64,000 nt of DNA from Sedimentisphaerales bacterium (GCA_963666285.1 OY762711.1), one strand, 5' to 3'; positions 10,236-21,711 are shown, counted from the first letter of the stretch. A program made the numbers and translations. Notes: generated from the sequence alone by a model not told the origin.

Positions 10236-11311
10236 TGGATGATGCTCGATATCATTTTCTTTCTTGCCATTATTTCAATTTTTGCTACTATCCCGGCCTG
10301 GTCGATAGTTAAATCAATGATTTTCTCTGACAGAGAAAGGACAATATCATTCATCTTTTCTTTTTGGGATATTCTTACATTGATTTGTTCTTCCAGCCTG
10401 ATATCTTTGTCTGGACTTTCAGCTAAATGCTGTCTTATGTTATCAATTTCAGCTTCGTTTTGCCTGACCATTTGGAAGGCGATCTCTTTTTGTTTTTTGG
10501 TTTCTTCCAGCCTGGCTCTTATTTCAGCTAATTCAACTTCTGCGACAGTTATTTCAGAACCCCATTCTTTGGCCTCTGTCAAATCCTCTTCGATGTTTAA
10601 ATCATATCCTTTAAGTTGTTTACTGCATTCATCATGCTCTAGCATGAGTTGTCCCAGTTCTTCGTTAAGCTTTTCTATTTCATTCTGGCCTTCCTCAATT
10701 TGGCCGCTAAGTTTTGTTATCTTTGCCTCTTTATACCTTTCTAAGTATTCCACCATAGCACCGGCAATGTAGATTGCATCTTCTTTTGAGCTGGCCAGAA
10801 ATGAGCATCCCGAATCCATTGGTGTATATGGTTCATCGGTTTCTGGTACGTTTTTTCTTGGTCCTCTTATGGCATCTCTTCTCCTTTGATTAGCTATTGC
10901 TCTAGCCCTCTCAGCCTGCGTAAGGTTTGCAGGTATACTAAAGTTTTTGCCTCTTTGAAGGTTTAAAAGATACATCATATTGTCAGAAATTTCTTTTTGA
11001 GCTGGTGAAACATGTTTCCAGGATTCAGATTCTGGCATCCCATCATATATATCATAACAATTGACCTCGTGATATTCATCCAAGGTGATTCCGATTGCCA
11101 CCCTGAAATTAATCTTTTCTCTTGATGAATAGAATTCCGGCATATTTTTTGAAGTGTAAATATTTGATTCATTGCTTTGATTTGCCAGTGTTTCAATCGT
11201 TTCAGTTATTGAACCGGCTTCAATTGGCTCTGATAGACTTTGTTTCTCTTGGGCGATGGCCGGGCATAATGTTATAAGTAGTATTAGTAATGCTTTAATG
11301 GGTGTTCTCAT
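10232..11311 (-). CDS. Secreted coiled-coil hypothetical protein
   Basis: Signal peptide, long E/K/Q-rich heptad region; in operon with ECF sigma/anti-sigma. Confidence 0.7.
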   Translation of the reverse strand: MRTPIKALLILLITLCPAIAQEKQSLSEPIEAGSITETIETLANQSNESNIYTSKNMPEFYSSREKINFRVAIGITLDEYHEVNCYDIYDGMPESESWKHVSPAQKEISDNMMYLLNLQRGKNFSIPANLTQAERARAIANQRRRDAIRGPRKNVPETDEPYTPMDSGCSFLASSKEDAIYIAGAMVEYLERYKEAKITKLSGQIEEGQNEIEKLNEELGQLMLEHDECSKQLKGYDLNIEEDLTEAKEWGSEITVAEVELAEIRARLEETKKQKEIAFQMVRQNEAEIDNIRQHLAESPDKDIRLEEQINVRISQKEKMNDIVLSLSEKIIDLTIDQAGIVAKIEIMARKKMISSIIQ

Positions 11312-11314
11312 GGT

Positions 11315-11830
11315 TTATATTCCTTTCTGAAGGGTATTTAGCTTGTTTTTTGCTATTTCAGCCTGTTCAAAATCCGGATATGTTTCTATTATTGATTTAT
11401 ATTGAGTTATTGCATAGTCAACATTGCCAGGCTGTGCTGCAAATATATCTGCCAGTGCCAGTGCTCTTGCTGCCATACCTGCCTTTTCGATTCTGTATTC
11501 AATATCTGCCAGTGATAGAATTTTGCTTTCCTGGCTGATTTCGATAGTGTTCTCAATATTATTGGAATTAACTGCAACAACTGGCGGGGTTGCTATTTCT
11601 TTTATCGGCTTGCTTATTAAATATATATAAAAGGAGACTGACAGCAGAATACCAAGCACCGCCGCAGCAGACAGCCATTTAAATACCAGCTGCCTGCTTT
11701 TGTCTGACTGGCTGGATGCAGCAAAAATAGCATTTTTAAGCTTTTCATCCGGCCCGGTTGGCTGATAATTATTCAATATATCTAATATCTTATTTTCATT
11801 ATTATCCATATAGAGTCTCCCTGGCATCAT
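11315..11830 (-). CDS. Putative membrane anti-sigma factor
   Basis: Directly downstream of ECF sigma; short N-domain, single TM, TPR-like C-terminus. Confidence 0.6.
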   Translation of the reverse strand: MMPGRLYMDNNENKILDILNNYQPTGPDEKLKNAIFAASSQSDKSRQLVFKWLSAAAVLGILLSVSFYIYLISKPIKEIATPPVVAVNSNNIENTIEISQESKILSLADIEYRIEKAGMAARALALADIFAAQPGNVDYAITQYKSIIETYPDFEQAEIAKNKLNTLQKGI

Positions 11831-12305
11831 CCGGGATGATTACTTTTAACTTTTCTATTGCGTACTGATACCGGCTGGCTACAGTATTTACCGATTTATC
11901 CAGCATTTCGGCTATTTCCTTGAAGGTCATATTTTCAAATACCTTCATATGTAATACTTCTCGTTGCCGCGGCGGCAGCTTTCTCATCGCTGATTCAACT
12001 ATTTCCTGCTGCTCACTGGCAAAATCTTCACTTTTGGACTCCAGTAAACCTGTTTGAGCATAAGAAATCTTTAGGTTTTCGTGGTCATTATTCTTTTTTA
12101 GCAGTTTATATGCCTCATTTCTGACAGCCTTGCGTAAGTATAAATATAATTCTTTCAATTCTGAGATCTCTCTGCCGGACCTGATGAACTTCATAAATAC
12201 CAGCTGGATAGTATCCTCTGCCATTGATTTGTCGGCAAGGATCATGAGAGCGTACCTGTATAATTGCTCTCCGTATTCGTTATATGCTAACTCGCTTATA
12301 TGCAA
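11802..12305 (-). CDS. ECF RNA polymerase sigma factor
   Basis: AEDTIQLVFMK (region 2), LPPRQREVL...TFKEIAEML...VNTVASR (region 4). Confidence 0.9.
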   Translation of the reverse strand: MHISELAYNEYGEQLYRYALMILADKSMAEDTIQLVFMKFIRSGREISELKELYLYLRKAVRNEAYKLLKKNNDHENLKISYAQTGLLESKSEDFASEQQEIVESAMRKLPPRQREVLHMKVFENMTFKEIAEMLDKSVNTVASRYQYAIEKLKVIIPDDARETLYG

Positions 12306-12452
12306 GGCTTTATTAGTCCCGAATGATAGCTGTTTTTATGATTTATTATGTCCGTCACTATTAATAATCCACAATTAGATGTTTTTGTCTATAAAAATGA
12401 AAAAATTGCTGGATATATGGTAATATTTTCTGGTATCCTGCGTTATTCAGCT

Positions 12453-13460
12453 ATGAGAATAATATTTTTACTTACATTTTTTATGATTTGTCGGCATGCC
12501 ATCTATGCCGAAGTTGATTGTTTGCCTATGAATACCAGTTCCAACCAGCCTGAAACTTATCAGGTAGATACCGTTTTGCTTCAGTGGCACGATGCCAAAA
12601 GAGGTCGTGATATTCCCGTTAAAATTTACTATCCTAAAGACTATGCAGGCATCTGTCCCGTGATTGTTTTTTCTCATGGACTTGGCGGTTCTCGTCAAGG
12701 GTATGCTTATCTCGGCAATTTTTGGGCTGGTCAGGGCTATGTTTCTATTCATCTGCAGCATCTTGGCAGTGACGACTCTCTCTGGATTGATAAAGCTCCT
12801 GATGATATTATGCCTGCCATGCGAAAGGCTGTTGCAGATATCAGTAATTCACTCAATCGCATATTTGATGTTCATTTTGCTTTGGATCAGTTAGATATAC
12901 TTAATACTGAAGAGGGGGTATTGAAAGGGCGTCTTGATATTCAACATATAGGCATGGCCGGCCATTCTTTCGGTGCTTTTACAACTCTCGCAGCAATTGG
13001 TGAGGGATTTCCTCGTCTTGGCAGCAGGTTGCAGACTTATGATGACTCCCGGATCAAAGCTGCTATTGCTATGAGTGCTTCTCCATCTCGTCATCGTGAA
13101 AAACTTAAAAAAGTATACAGTGGTATTGATATACCTTGTTTCCATATGACAGGTACACTGGATGATAGCCCGGTTTCCACTACAAAAGCAGCTGAGCGAC
13201 GCCTGGTTTATGATAATATCGATCGGCCGGACCAGTATCTGCTTACTTTCGAAGCTGGCGACCATATGGTATTCTCCGGCAGGTCTACTCCCGGCAGGGA
13301 TACTTCCAGAGATTCTACCTTTCACAACCTGATTCAAATCAGTACTACTGCATTTTGGGACGCTTATCTTAAAAATGATAAAAAGGCTCTCCAGTGGCTG
13401 ACTGAAGGTGATTTTGAGAAACAACTTAATGGAAACGGGACATTTGAACATAAGGAATGA
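12453..13460 (+). CDS. Secreted alpha/beta hydrolase (PAF-acetylhydrolase-like)
   Basis: VFSHGLGGS, nucleophile GHSFG, TGTLDD, GDHMVF; start moved to the ATG before the signal peptide. Confidence 0.85.
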   Translation: MRIIFLLTFFMICRHAIYAEVDCLPMNTSSNQPETYQVDTVLLQWHDAKRGRDIPVKIYYPKDYAGICPVIVFSHGLGGSRQGYAYLGNFWAGQGYVSIHLQHLGSDDSLWIDKAPDDIMPAMRKAVADISNSLNRIFDVHFALDQLDILNTEEGVLKGRLDIQHIGMAGHSFGAFTTLAAIGEGFPRLGSRLQTYDDSRIKAAIAMSASPSRHREKLKKVYSGIDIPCFHMTGTLDDSPVSTTKAAERRLVYDNIDRPDQYLLTFEAGDHMVFSGRSTPGRDTSRDSTFHNLIQISTTAFWDAYLKNDKKALQWLTEGDFEKQLNGNGTFEHKE

Positions 13461-13465
13461 TAGAT

Positions 13466-14512
13466 TTATTCACCATGTTTAATGTCTCTGTATTCTTCTT
13501 CAATTTCCCTGTCACATTCTTCGCAAAATTCATGTGTCATGTAATGCTGAACGTATCCTGTCCCCGGCAGCCCGGGATAGACCTGACCTTCTTTCAGCAG
13601 TGTTTCTGTTAGTAGTTTATATGCCTTTCTTGGCGTGTAGTGCTTACACATATCCAGGGCAATACTCAGCATGGCCATACGCATAAGCAGCTCATGAAAG
13701 ATGTCATCAATCTGTTCGTCGCTAAGAGTTTCCTCTTTAGGTAACTTTATTGGCGGGTCAAACAAGGTGCATACCGGCTCATCTCTTAAACCATATGTAA
13801 CGATATCCATTTGCTCGAACATCTTTTTAGTTTCTTCGTCCGGTTCGATCTTAAAATCTGACTCTGCTTCACTTTTTATGATTTCGTCAATATCATTCTC
13901 AAATAAGTTGTAGGGATCATTATCTTCATGGCTATTTTCCTCAGCGAATGAATGGGTTGTCTCCTTTATTTCTATATTTTCATCTTCGTCGACTGAAACT
14001 TCTGTTATTTCCAATTGTGGTTTATCCGGTGGGTTATTTGGGTCGGCAAAAGGTGGATCTGGAATTGTTAATTCTCGCGGCTCTAAGTCATCTAGAAATG
14101 TCAATATCGGATCTACCAGCTCTAGCAAAACTCTGCCGTTTTGGCTGTACCATTCAAAATACAGGCGAGGTTTCCAGTACATCGGAGGTGGTTCTCCAAG
14201 CTTTGCCCGGCGGTATGCCTGTTCTATCGAACCGGGAAACCATCGAACATAGTCAATATTAATAGTGCCAGGCGGCCCAATTTGCTGATCGGCCAGGATG
14301 CTTCTGTCGAAATTAGAATCTTGCGAAAACGTGTTCTCTCTAGTCGAGAATTGTAAATGTCTACCGGCTAGCTGATTGGTGCAATTGCCGGTTAGATTAA
14401 GAATTAATGGAAATTCATGGTTCTTAAAGTGAATGTGCCCGTGAATTGAATTTCTTTCGGTATTATTGATTACGCATCCGGCTATTATATCATCATTTAA
14501 TCTGTGAGCCAT
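13466..14512 (-). CDS. Acidic hypothetical protein
   Basis: 348-aa ORF with C-terminal CEEC; no motif recognised. Confidence 0.7.
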   Translation of the reverse strand: MAHRLNDDIIAGCVINNTERNSIHGHIHFKNHEFPLILNLTGNCTNQLAGRHLQFSTRENTFSQDSNFDRSILADQQIGPPGTINIDYVRWFPGSIEQAYRRAKLGEPPPMYWKPRLYFEWYSQNGRVLLELVDPILTFLDDLEPRELTIPDPPFADPNNPPDKPQLEITEVSVDEDENIEIKETTHSFAEENSHEDNDPYNLFENDIDEIIKSEAESDFKIEPDEETKKMFEQMDIVTYGLRDEPVCTLFDPPIKLPKEETLSDEQIDDIFHELLMRMAMLSIALDMCKHYTPRKAYKLLTETLLKEGQVYPGLPGTGYVQHYMTHEFCEECDREIEEEYRDIKHGE

Positions 14513-14599
14513 AGTACCTCCATATATTATCTAATCAGATTATACCTTAAATTGCACATCATAGTCAACAATTCACTTTTCCCGGCTTTTTGACCAATA

Positions 14600-14633
14600 A
14601 AAAAGCTCAAATCATATGTTGACTTGAGCTTTA
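14600..14633 (-). terminator. Intrinsic terminator after pgi
   Basis: aaagctcaa...ttgagcttt inverted repeat with A run on + strand. Confidence 0.6.
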
Positions 14634-14661
14634 AAATTATTTGTTGGATATTGCTGATCTA

Positions 14662-16311
14662 TTATCGCATATTTTTATATGCATTAATCAGTCCGTTTGT
14701 TGAGCTGTCATGTGAACTGACGGCCGTATCACCGTCCAGTTCCGGCAATATACTCTTTGCCAGCTGTTTGCCTAATTCTACTCCCCATTGGTCAAAGCTG
14801 AAGATGTTCCAGATTACGCCTTGGGCAAATATCTTGTGTTCGTACATTGCTACCAGTGAACCAAGTACTCTTGGAGTTACTTTTTTCACCAGGAATGAAT
14901 TTGTTGGGATGTTACCTTTGAAGATCTTAAAAGGCAGCAGTGCTTTTACTTCTTCGTCATTTAATCCTGATGCTTTTAGCTCTGCTGTTACTTCATTGGC
15001 GGTTTTACCTTTCATCATAGCTTCTGTCTGGGCAAAGAAATTACTAAGTAGTTTCGGGTGATGGTCGCCAATAGGGTTATGGCTCTGGGCCGGTGCAATA
15101 AAGTCACAAGGTATCAGCTTTGTACCCTGGTGGATTAGCTGATAAAATGCATGCTGACCGTTTGTGCCCGGCTCACCCCATACGATAGGGCCGGTCTGGT
15201 AGTCAACTTCATTGCCGTCACGATCGACGTATTTGCCGTTACTTTCCATGTTTCCCTGTTGGAAGTAAGCCGCAAAGCGGTGCAGGTATTGATCGTATGG
15301 CAAAATAGCCTCGGTTTCTGCTCCGTAGAAGTTGTTATACCACAATCCGATTAATGCCAGTAGTACCGGTATGTTTTTATCAAAATCTGCTTCCTTAAAG
15401 TGATTATCCATTGCGTGAGCACCTTCCAGCAGTTCGACAAAGTTGTCAAAACCAATTGTACAGGCTATTGGCAGACCGATTGCTGACCATAGTGAATAGC
15501 GGCCGCCAACCCAGTTCCAGAACCTGAACATGTTTGCTGTATCGATGCCAAATTCACTTACTGCTTCGGCATTTGTTGAAACCGCTGCAAAATGCTTGCT
15601 TACCTGACCTTTGTCACCGCCAACTTTTTCCAGGAACCATCCGCGAGCGGTAAATGCGTTTGTCATGGTCTCCTGGGTGGTGAATGTTTTAGACGCGATA
15701 ATAAACAGGGTTGTTTCCGGGTTAACCTTTTTCAGGATTTCCGCAATATGTGAACCGTCAACATTTGAGACAAAATGGGGGGTAATATTTTTCCAGTACG
15801 GCTTAAGTGCCTCGGTTACCATAACCGGACCCAGATCGCTGCCGCCGATTCCGATATTGACAATATCTGTTATTGCCTTACCCGTATAGCCTTTCCAGCT
15901 GCCGCTAAGCAGGTCATCACAAAATGATTTCATCTGGTTTAATACATCGTTTACTTCCGGCATAACATCGTCACCGTCAACCATGATTGATGTATTGGTA
16001 CGGTTACGCAGGGCAACATGCAGAACAGCACGACCTTCTGTTTCATTTATTTTATCACCGCTAAACATGGATTTTATCCCGTCCTTTAGGCCTGTCTCTT
16101 CGGCGAGAGTTATCAGGTTTGCCAGGGTCTCTTCTGTTATGCGGTTTTTGGAGTAGTCCAGTAGAATGTCTTCGAATTGTATTGAAAACTTTTCAAAACG
16201 CTGCGGATCGTCAGCAAACATTTCTACCATGGTTTTGTCTTTAATTGCCTCAAAGTGGCTGTGCAATTTCTTCCATGCTGCAGTATTGTTAGGTTTTACT
16301 CTTTTAAGCAT
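14662..16311 (-). CDS. pgi: Glucose-6-phosphate isomerase
   Basis: [42 protein letters not shown]. Confidence 0.98.
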   Translation of the reverse strand: MLKRVKPNNTAAWKKLHSHFEAIKDKTMVEMFADDPQRFEKFSIQFEDILLDYSKNRITEETLANLITLAEETGLKDGIKSMFSGDKINETEGRAVLHVALRNRTNTSIMVDGDDVMPEVNDVLNQMKSFCDDLLSGSWKGYTGKAITDIVNIGIGGSDLGPVMVTEALKPYWKNITPHFVSNVDGSHIAEILKKVNPETTLFIIASKTFTTQETMTNAFTARGWFLEKVGGDKGQVSKHFAAVSTNAEAVSEFGIDTANMFRFWNWVGGRYSLWSAIGLPIACTIGFDNFVELLEGAHAMDNHFKEADFDKNIPVLLALIGLWYNNFYGAETEAILPYDQYLHRFAAYFQQGNMESNGKYVDRDGNEVDYQTGPIVWGEPGTNGQHAFYQLIHQGTKLIPCDFIAPAQSHNPIGDHHPKLLSNFFAQTEAMMKGKTANEVTAELKASGLNDEEVKALLPFKIFKGNIPTNSFLVKKVTPRVLGSLVAMYEHKIFAQGVIWNIFSFDQWGVELGKQLAKSILPELDGDTAVSSHDSSTNGLINAYKNMR

Positions 16312-16330
16312 ATTTAATTATTTCCTTTCA

Positions 16331-16864
16331 CTATTTTGAATTATCTCTACTTTCTCTTTCTAAAGTAATAGTATTTGTTAGTCGGTAATTGGGGGTATAA
16401 ATAAAGGTCGCTTGTGCGATAATTGTTGATGGTAGGTTTGCAGCTTCAAATTCCATTATATAAGATCTGGTTATCCTGTCCCAGTGAAGCTGGTTCAAAT
16501 CTGAGCTGGTAAGGTCAAACTCGGCATAGCCGGAATCATTTACGGATAATCGCTCGCCCAGGTCTTCCTGGCTTCGGGGTGCTTTTCGATACAATTCTAT
16601 CCGAAAACTGCCTGGTATTTTTAGACTGTCGCCGAAGTTGTCTTGCACTTGGATATAGAGTTTGATACTGCTTTTACCTGTTGATTTCGCATTTCTGAGA
16701 TAGCAGAATGAACTCTGAAATTTGATTTTCATCGGTACAAAGCATGGTGTTTCGCCATCAATTACGATATTGGGCTCACTGCCGCAACCGGCAACCATAA
16801 TCGATGATAGCAGTACAGCTAAGAATAAGACTCTGGATTTTATTTTGTTAAGCCTTTTAATCAT
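16331..16864 (-). CDS. Putative lipoprotein
   Basis: Lipobox VAGC after hydrophobic stretch. Confidence 0.7.
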   Translation of the reverse strand: MIKRLNKIKSRVLFLAVLLSSIMVAGCGSEPNIVIDGETPCFVPMKIKFQSSFCYLRNAKSTGKSSIKLYIQVQDNFGDSLKIPGSFRIELYRKAPRSQEDLGERLSVNDSGYAEFDLTSSDLNQLHWDRITRSYIMEFEAANLPSTIIAQATFIYTPNYRLTNTITLERESRDNSK

Positions 16865-17223
16865 AATGTCTTATGCGATTAAAGTCGCATAACTTTCTGT
16901 TAGTGGATTGTTAAGCAATTTTGAAATATGTATTTTACTTATTGTTACAGAATTATCAATGGTTGGTTTTTTCTATTAGTTTTAATAAGTGGTAATTTAG
17001 GTGGTTTGGGCTTGCTTGTTTACAATACTAATGTACTTTTTACTTTTATTTGTTTTCTGTTTTGTTTATTATGTATTTAGAAAATTTTGTGATTGTCTTC
17101 GGCAGAATGTTTATGTGGTGTTCTTGCCGATTTCGAGTGTTATATGGTTTAAGAATGAGTGCTTGAGTGTTTCTGGATGTCTGGCACAATTCTCTATCTA
17201 AATTAATTGATGAGGTACATAAA

Positions 17224-20200
17224 ATGGTTAGATTTTGCACATCTGTAATTTTGTTGTTGGTTTTTGTTGTCTCCGATTCTGTAATGTCTGCTGAGGAACT
17301 AATTTATGATAACAGTAATGCTAATGGATATTATTTTTATCCTGGTAGAAATATGGAGGTGTTGGATTATGGTCGAAGTGCTGGTGGCAATATTACCAGA
17401 TTTAAAATGAGATATTATACTGATAGCAACTACTCGGCTAACGTAATGGTGGAATTTTATAAATACACTACAGACAGCTACGAGGGTAATTTTGTAAAGT
17501 CTTTCTATATTACCGGGCTGCCTCACAACTATGGATTTAATTATCTGGAATATGAGATTCCGGAAAGTCAGCAATTTAATTTACCGGCTGGTAATTTTGG
17601 ATATTCAATGTCTTTTAGCAGGGATGATTATGGCCCGGCATTAGCTTCCGGTGGTACAGGCAGTGATACTTATTTCTGGGCTTGGAATGATCTGTATCAA
17701 GACCTTTGGCTCACGTATTTTGACGGTGTGTGGGGCGGGTTTTATATGCAGGTCTATGCCGGCACTCCCGATATTATTCCTGATCCGAATGTGTGTGATG
17801 TTTCCGGACATGTATTTTATGATGCAAATTCAAATGGGGCAGAAGATTCCAACGAAACCGGGTTAAGCGGACAGGAAATATTCTTGGATTATGACGGAGA
17901 TGGAATATTTGATGCCGGTGAGCCTAATACTGTAACAGACATAAATGGCGATTATGAATTTAATAGTACATTAGCTGACGGCGTCACTTTTGATGTATTA
18001 CCGATTCTGGAAGATGGCTGGTTTATTACTTACCCTTCTTCAGGTTCTTATTATATTGATCCCGACCCTAACGGTGTGTATTCCTATCGTGACTTTGGTT
18101 TGTCTGATATTTCTGAGTTAACTCTTTCCGGTGTTGTTGTTATGGAAAATGATGAACCGGTTAGTGGTGTTCGTGTTGAGGCTTATTATGGTTCTGGTTC
18201 GTTTACTGCGTCTGGTATATATGATATTACCGATGAAAATGGATTGTATTCGATCTCTGTAGCATCTCCTTTTACTGGTAAACTGGTTGCTTCCAAAACC
18301 AGGTACGCTCAAACATCTTCATCATTTATATATGTTAATGCTGTTGATAGTGCTATTGAGGATATTGAAATACAATATGTCTTCAGTGGAGGATCCGGTG
18401 AGCCTGAAAATCCATATTTGATCTATTCTGCCGAAGATCTGAATATGATAAATATACCTGATATCGATCTTCCGGAAGATAGTAAACTTACCAAACATTA
18501 TAAACAAATGGCTGATATCGATTTGTCTGCCTATACAGGTGATTCTTTTAATGTAATAGGTTCACAGGCTTATCCGTTTGGTGGTTCATATGATGGTAAC
18601 AATAAAACAATATCTAATTTTACATATGCTAAAGCTGGCAGCATTGTTGGCTTATTTCCTGTTGCAAATATTGAAGGTGTTGAAATTAAAAATTTGAACC
18701 TCTTAAATCCTGTTGTTTGGGGAGATGGTAATTATCAGGGTATTATAGTTGGATTCATGAGTAAAGGTACTATCTCAGACTGTAAAGTTAATGGTGGAAG
18801 TATCCAGGGAGGTACATCTGTTGGAGGTGTTTGTGGCTTAAATTCTTCTTCATCTTTTAATAACTGTTTTTGCTCCGCAAGTGTCACTGGTTCTGAAAGC
18901 GTTGGTGGTATTTGTGGCAGCAGCTATAGTGGCAATTTTTCTTATTGCATCTCTGAAGGTGATGTGACTTCTGGAAAGTATGCCGGAGGTTTATGTTCCT
19001 ATTTACGCCAGGGAACTATAAGTGATTCTTGTGCAACTGGCCAGGTGAATTCTGAACAAGTAGCTGGCGGATTGGTTGGCAGTACTTTTCTAGCAAATAT
19101 ATACAGGTCTTTTGCTGCTGGTGATGTGATTTCTACGAGTGTTACTGTTGGGGGGCTGGTCGGATGGAATGATAAGGATTGTATTATCAGTGATTGTTAT
19201 TCCTCTGGTAATGTTTCCGGAACTGAATATGTTGGTGGAATGGTTGGTTACAATCTTGGTACCATCGAAAGAGGATACTCTATTGGAGAGGTCAACGGTA
19301 CTGATTGGGTCGGTGGAATATGTGGTATGAGTAATCATAGTGTTTATAGCTGCTATTGGGACAAGGACAGTTCTAAAATCCTTAATAGTTATGGCGGTAT
19401 GTCTCGTAGTACCTCTCAAATGAAGCAGGCCTCTACTTTTATCGGCTGGAATAATGATAACTGGAAGATCGCAGAAGGTGCTGATTATCCTGAATTAGCG
19501 TGGCAGGATACTGCTGCCGGTAGCTTGATTACTACAGATTATCCTCAGGCAACCTATGAGGGGGCTGGTACTCTTGCCGATCCATTTGTTCTGGAAGACG
19601 AGAATGATATTATCTCAATGGCTGTTCGTATGCCGGACTGGGACAAGGCCTATAAGCTTGGCTGTGACATTGACATGGTTGGAGTGTCTGGTTATTGCCC
19701 GCCTGTATCTTTTAGTGGTATATTTGATGGTGATGGTTTTTCTATATATAATCTCACTATTAACTCTGACCTGATAGGTAACAGGGCCAATGTTGGCTTT
19801 GTTGGTGTTAATTCTGGCAGTGTTTCCAATCTATATCTTAAAAATATCAATATCATTAATTGTGATCAGGCTGGTGCCGTTTGTGGCGAAAATCAAGGTG
19901 CTATTTCTCTTTGTGCTGCAACTGGTGATATTGCTGGTGGAGGTTCTCTTGGTGGTATTTGCGGTTTGAATTATTATGAGCCGGCTGAAATCACTAATTG
20001 TTATTGTTCTGTCAAAATTACCGGTCAGGACTATCTTGGTGGTTTGTGTGGTGATAACCGTAATAGTATTTCTTATTGTTATTCAACAGGTGAGGTTGGC
20101 GGTTCTGGTGAAAACGTCGGCGGTTTCTGCGGATACGGCAATGCTGTAAGTTGTTTCTGGGATGTCGACGCATCTAAAACCTTGACAAGTCCTGGTGGTG

Positions 20201-20487
20201 TAGGGCTTTCAATGGTTCAGATGCAGGATATTGACAACTATCTTAGTGCTGATTGGGATTTTATTGGTGAAACCGCAAATGGCTCCGATGATACCTGGAA
20301 AATGTTTGGTTATCCTGTTTTCAGCTGGCAGGATATAGATATGAACGAGTTTACTAATCTGGCGGCTTATTGGAATCTGACAAACTGTGGTAGTGGTAAT
20401 GAATGCCAGGCAGCCGATTATAATGGCGATTCAATAGTAAATATTCAGGACCTGATTTTATTCGCTGAAAACTGGCTGTGCCAATAA
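17224..20487 (+). CDS. Large secreted GLUG-motif protein with SdrD-B-like domain and dockerin-like C-terminus
   Basis: Signal peptide; SGHVFYDANSNG...TDINGDYEF; many VGGLxG repeats; C-terminal ADYNGDSIVNIQDL...NWL. Confidence 0.85.
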   Translation: MVRFCTSVILLLVFVVSDSVMSAEELIYDNSNANGYYFYPGRNMEVLDYGRSAGGNITRFKMRYYTDSNYSANVMVEFYKYTTDSYEGNFVKSFYITGLPHNYGFNYLEYEIPESQQFNLPAGNFGYSMSFSRDDYGPALASGGTGSDTYFWAWNDLYQDLWLTYFDGVWGGFYMQVYAGTPDIIPDPNVCDVSGHVFYDANSNGAEDSNETGLSGQEIFLDYDGDGIFDAGEPNTVTDINGDYEFNSTLADGVTFDVLPILEDGWFITYPSSGSYYIDPDPNGVYSYRDFGLSDISELTLSGVVVMENDEPVSGVRVEAYYGSGSFTASGIYDITDENGLYSISVASPFTGKLVASKTRYAQTSSSFIYVNAVDSAIEDIEIQYVFSGGSGEPENPYLIYSAEDLNMINIPDIDLPEDSKLTKHYKQMADIDLSAYTGDSFNVIGSQAYPFGGSYDGNNKTISNFTYAKAGSIVGLFPVANIEGVEIKNLNLLNPVVWGDGNYQGIIVGFMSKGTISDCKVNGGSIQGGTSVGGVCGLNSSSSFNNCFCSASVTGSESVGGICGSSYSGNFSYCISEGDVTSGKYAGGLCSYLRQGTISDSCATGQVNSEQVAGGLVGSTFLANIYRSFAAGDVISTSVTVGGLVGWNDKDCIISDCYSSGNVSGTEYVGGMVGYNLGTIERGYSIGEVNGTDWVGGICGMSNHSVYSCYWDKDSSKILNSYGGMSRSTSQMKQASTFIGWNNDNWKIAEGADYPELAWQDTAAGSLITTDYPQATYEGAGTLADPFVLEDENDIISMAVRMPDWDKAYKLGCDIDMVGVSGYCPPVSFSGIFDGDGFSIYNLTINSDLIGNRANVGFVGVNSGSVSNLYLKNINIINCDQAGAVCGENQGAISLCAATGDIAGGGSLGGICGLNYYEPAEITNCYCSVKITGQDYLGGLCGDNRNSISYCYSTGEVGGSGENVGGFCGYGNAVSCFWDVDASKTLTSPGGVGLSMVQMQDIDNYLSADWDFIGETANGSDDTWKMFGYPVFSWQDIDMNEFTNLAAYWNLTNCGSGNECQAADYNGDSIVNIQDLILFAENWLCQ

Positions 20488-20817
20488 GTATAAACGCAAC
20501 ATAAAAAGCTAGAATACGACAATAGTTTGTTTTGTAAGAAATGTTCTAGATTTTTCTTGTAATTAACTGGCATAATTCGTACAATTAATACAAGTGTCAA
20601 TTTTAGCGGCTGCGAAAGACGTCTTTCTCCCAGGGGCGTTTTTCCGCCGCAACTTTTTTATTTATAGTTACTTATGTGTGTTTATTGTTCCCGTTTTTTG
20701 TTTTGGAAATGCTTTTAGCCTTTATAGGTGTTTTTGCTTGAAATATTATTGGACGTGAGGTTTAGGTGAAAAGTAAATCTCTGATTATTGCTTTATAGTC
20801 ATATTTGACCGGGTATT

Positions 20818-21678
20818 TTATCCGCATATTATCTTACTTATCGCTATGAATTGCTCAATAGTCAGTTTTTCTGCTCGCAATTCCGGAGAGATCCCGGCAT
20901 TGCGGATTTTTTCGACCAGTTGAGCTTTATTGTCACCTTTGGGAAGGCAGCTTTGCAGCTGTTTTCGCCTTTTGCCAAAGAGCAGATCGGTTGTCTGCTT
21001 TAGAGCTTCGATTTCTGTGTTATTTAACCTGTCATTGCGTATCCAACTTATTATCGCCGAGTTAATCTTAGGAGCCGGCCAGAATGACTGTGGTTTAAGT
21101 GTACGGACTTTATTGACTTCTCCTGTTGCTCCCAGTATTACAGATATCTTACCGTAATCTGAAGAGTTTTCGGGGCCTGATGCCATACGGTCTGCCACTT
21201 CTTCCTGTACCGTCACACTCATCCCGTCCAGTGGTGGGTTTTCTGTTATCAGGTTAATTATTAGTGGTGATGCTACATTATAGGGAAGATTTGCTACCAG
21301 CAGAAATCTGCCGGAACACAACTGTTTTTTCTCTTTTACTAATGCCATCACTTCCGGAGCTAGTTTACTTTTTTTGGCCAGGATATCTGTATGGATAAAG
21401 CTGACATTTTCGATATTTGCCAGTTCCCGGCTTGCTATTGTATGCATATCCGGATCGATATCTACTGCCACAACCTGTCCGCTCCGATCTGCCAGCAGAC
21501 TGGTAAGAGAACCGGTACCATGGCCTACTTCTAGTACCAGGTCTTCCTTGCATATCTCGATACTGTCTGGCACCATCTGCATAAGGTTCAGGTCTATTAG
21601 AAAGTTCTGTCCCCATTTATGGTGAGGATGCGTTCCGAGCTCGGCTAGAAATTGTTCTATTTGCTGTTTTGTATGCAC
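20818..21678 (-). CDS. rsmA: 16S rRNA adenine dimethyltransferase
   Basis: GQNFLID, VLEVGHGTGSLT, VANLPYNVASP, VQEEVADR. Confidence 0.95.
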   Translation of the reverse strand: MHTKQQIEQFLAELGTHPHHKWGQNFLIDLNLMQMVPDSIEICKEDLVLEVGHGTGSLTSLLADRSGQVVAVDIDPDMHTIASRELANIENVSFIHTDILAKKSKLAPEVMALVKEKKQLCSGRFLLVANLPYNVASPLIINLITENPPLDGMSVTVQEEVADRMASGPENSSDYGKISVILGATGEVNKVRTLKPQSFWPAPKINSAIISWIRNDRLNNTEIEALKQTTDLLFGKRRKQLQSCLPKGDNKAQLVEKIRNAGISPELRAEKLTIEQFIAISKIICG

Positions 21679-21711
21679 GGTAATTTTTTACTGTAGATTG
21701 GTTATAAATAA

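Noticed and set aside
16871..16892. Palindrome TTATGCGA-ttaaag-TCGCATAA just upstream of the lipoprotein start
   Set aside because: Single short occurrence with no supporting context
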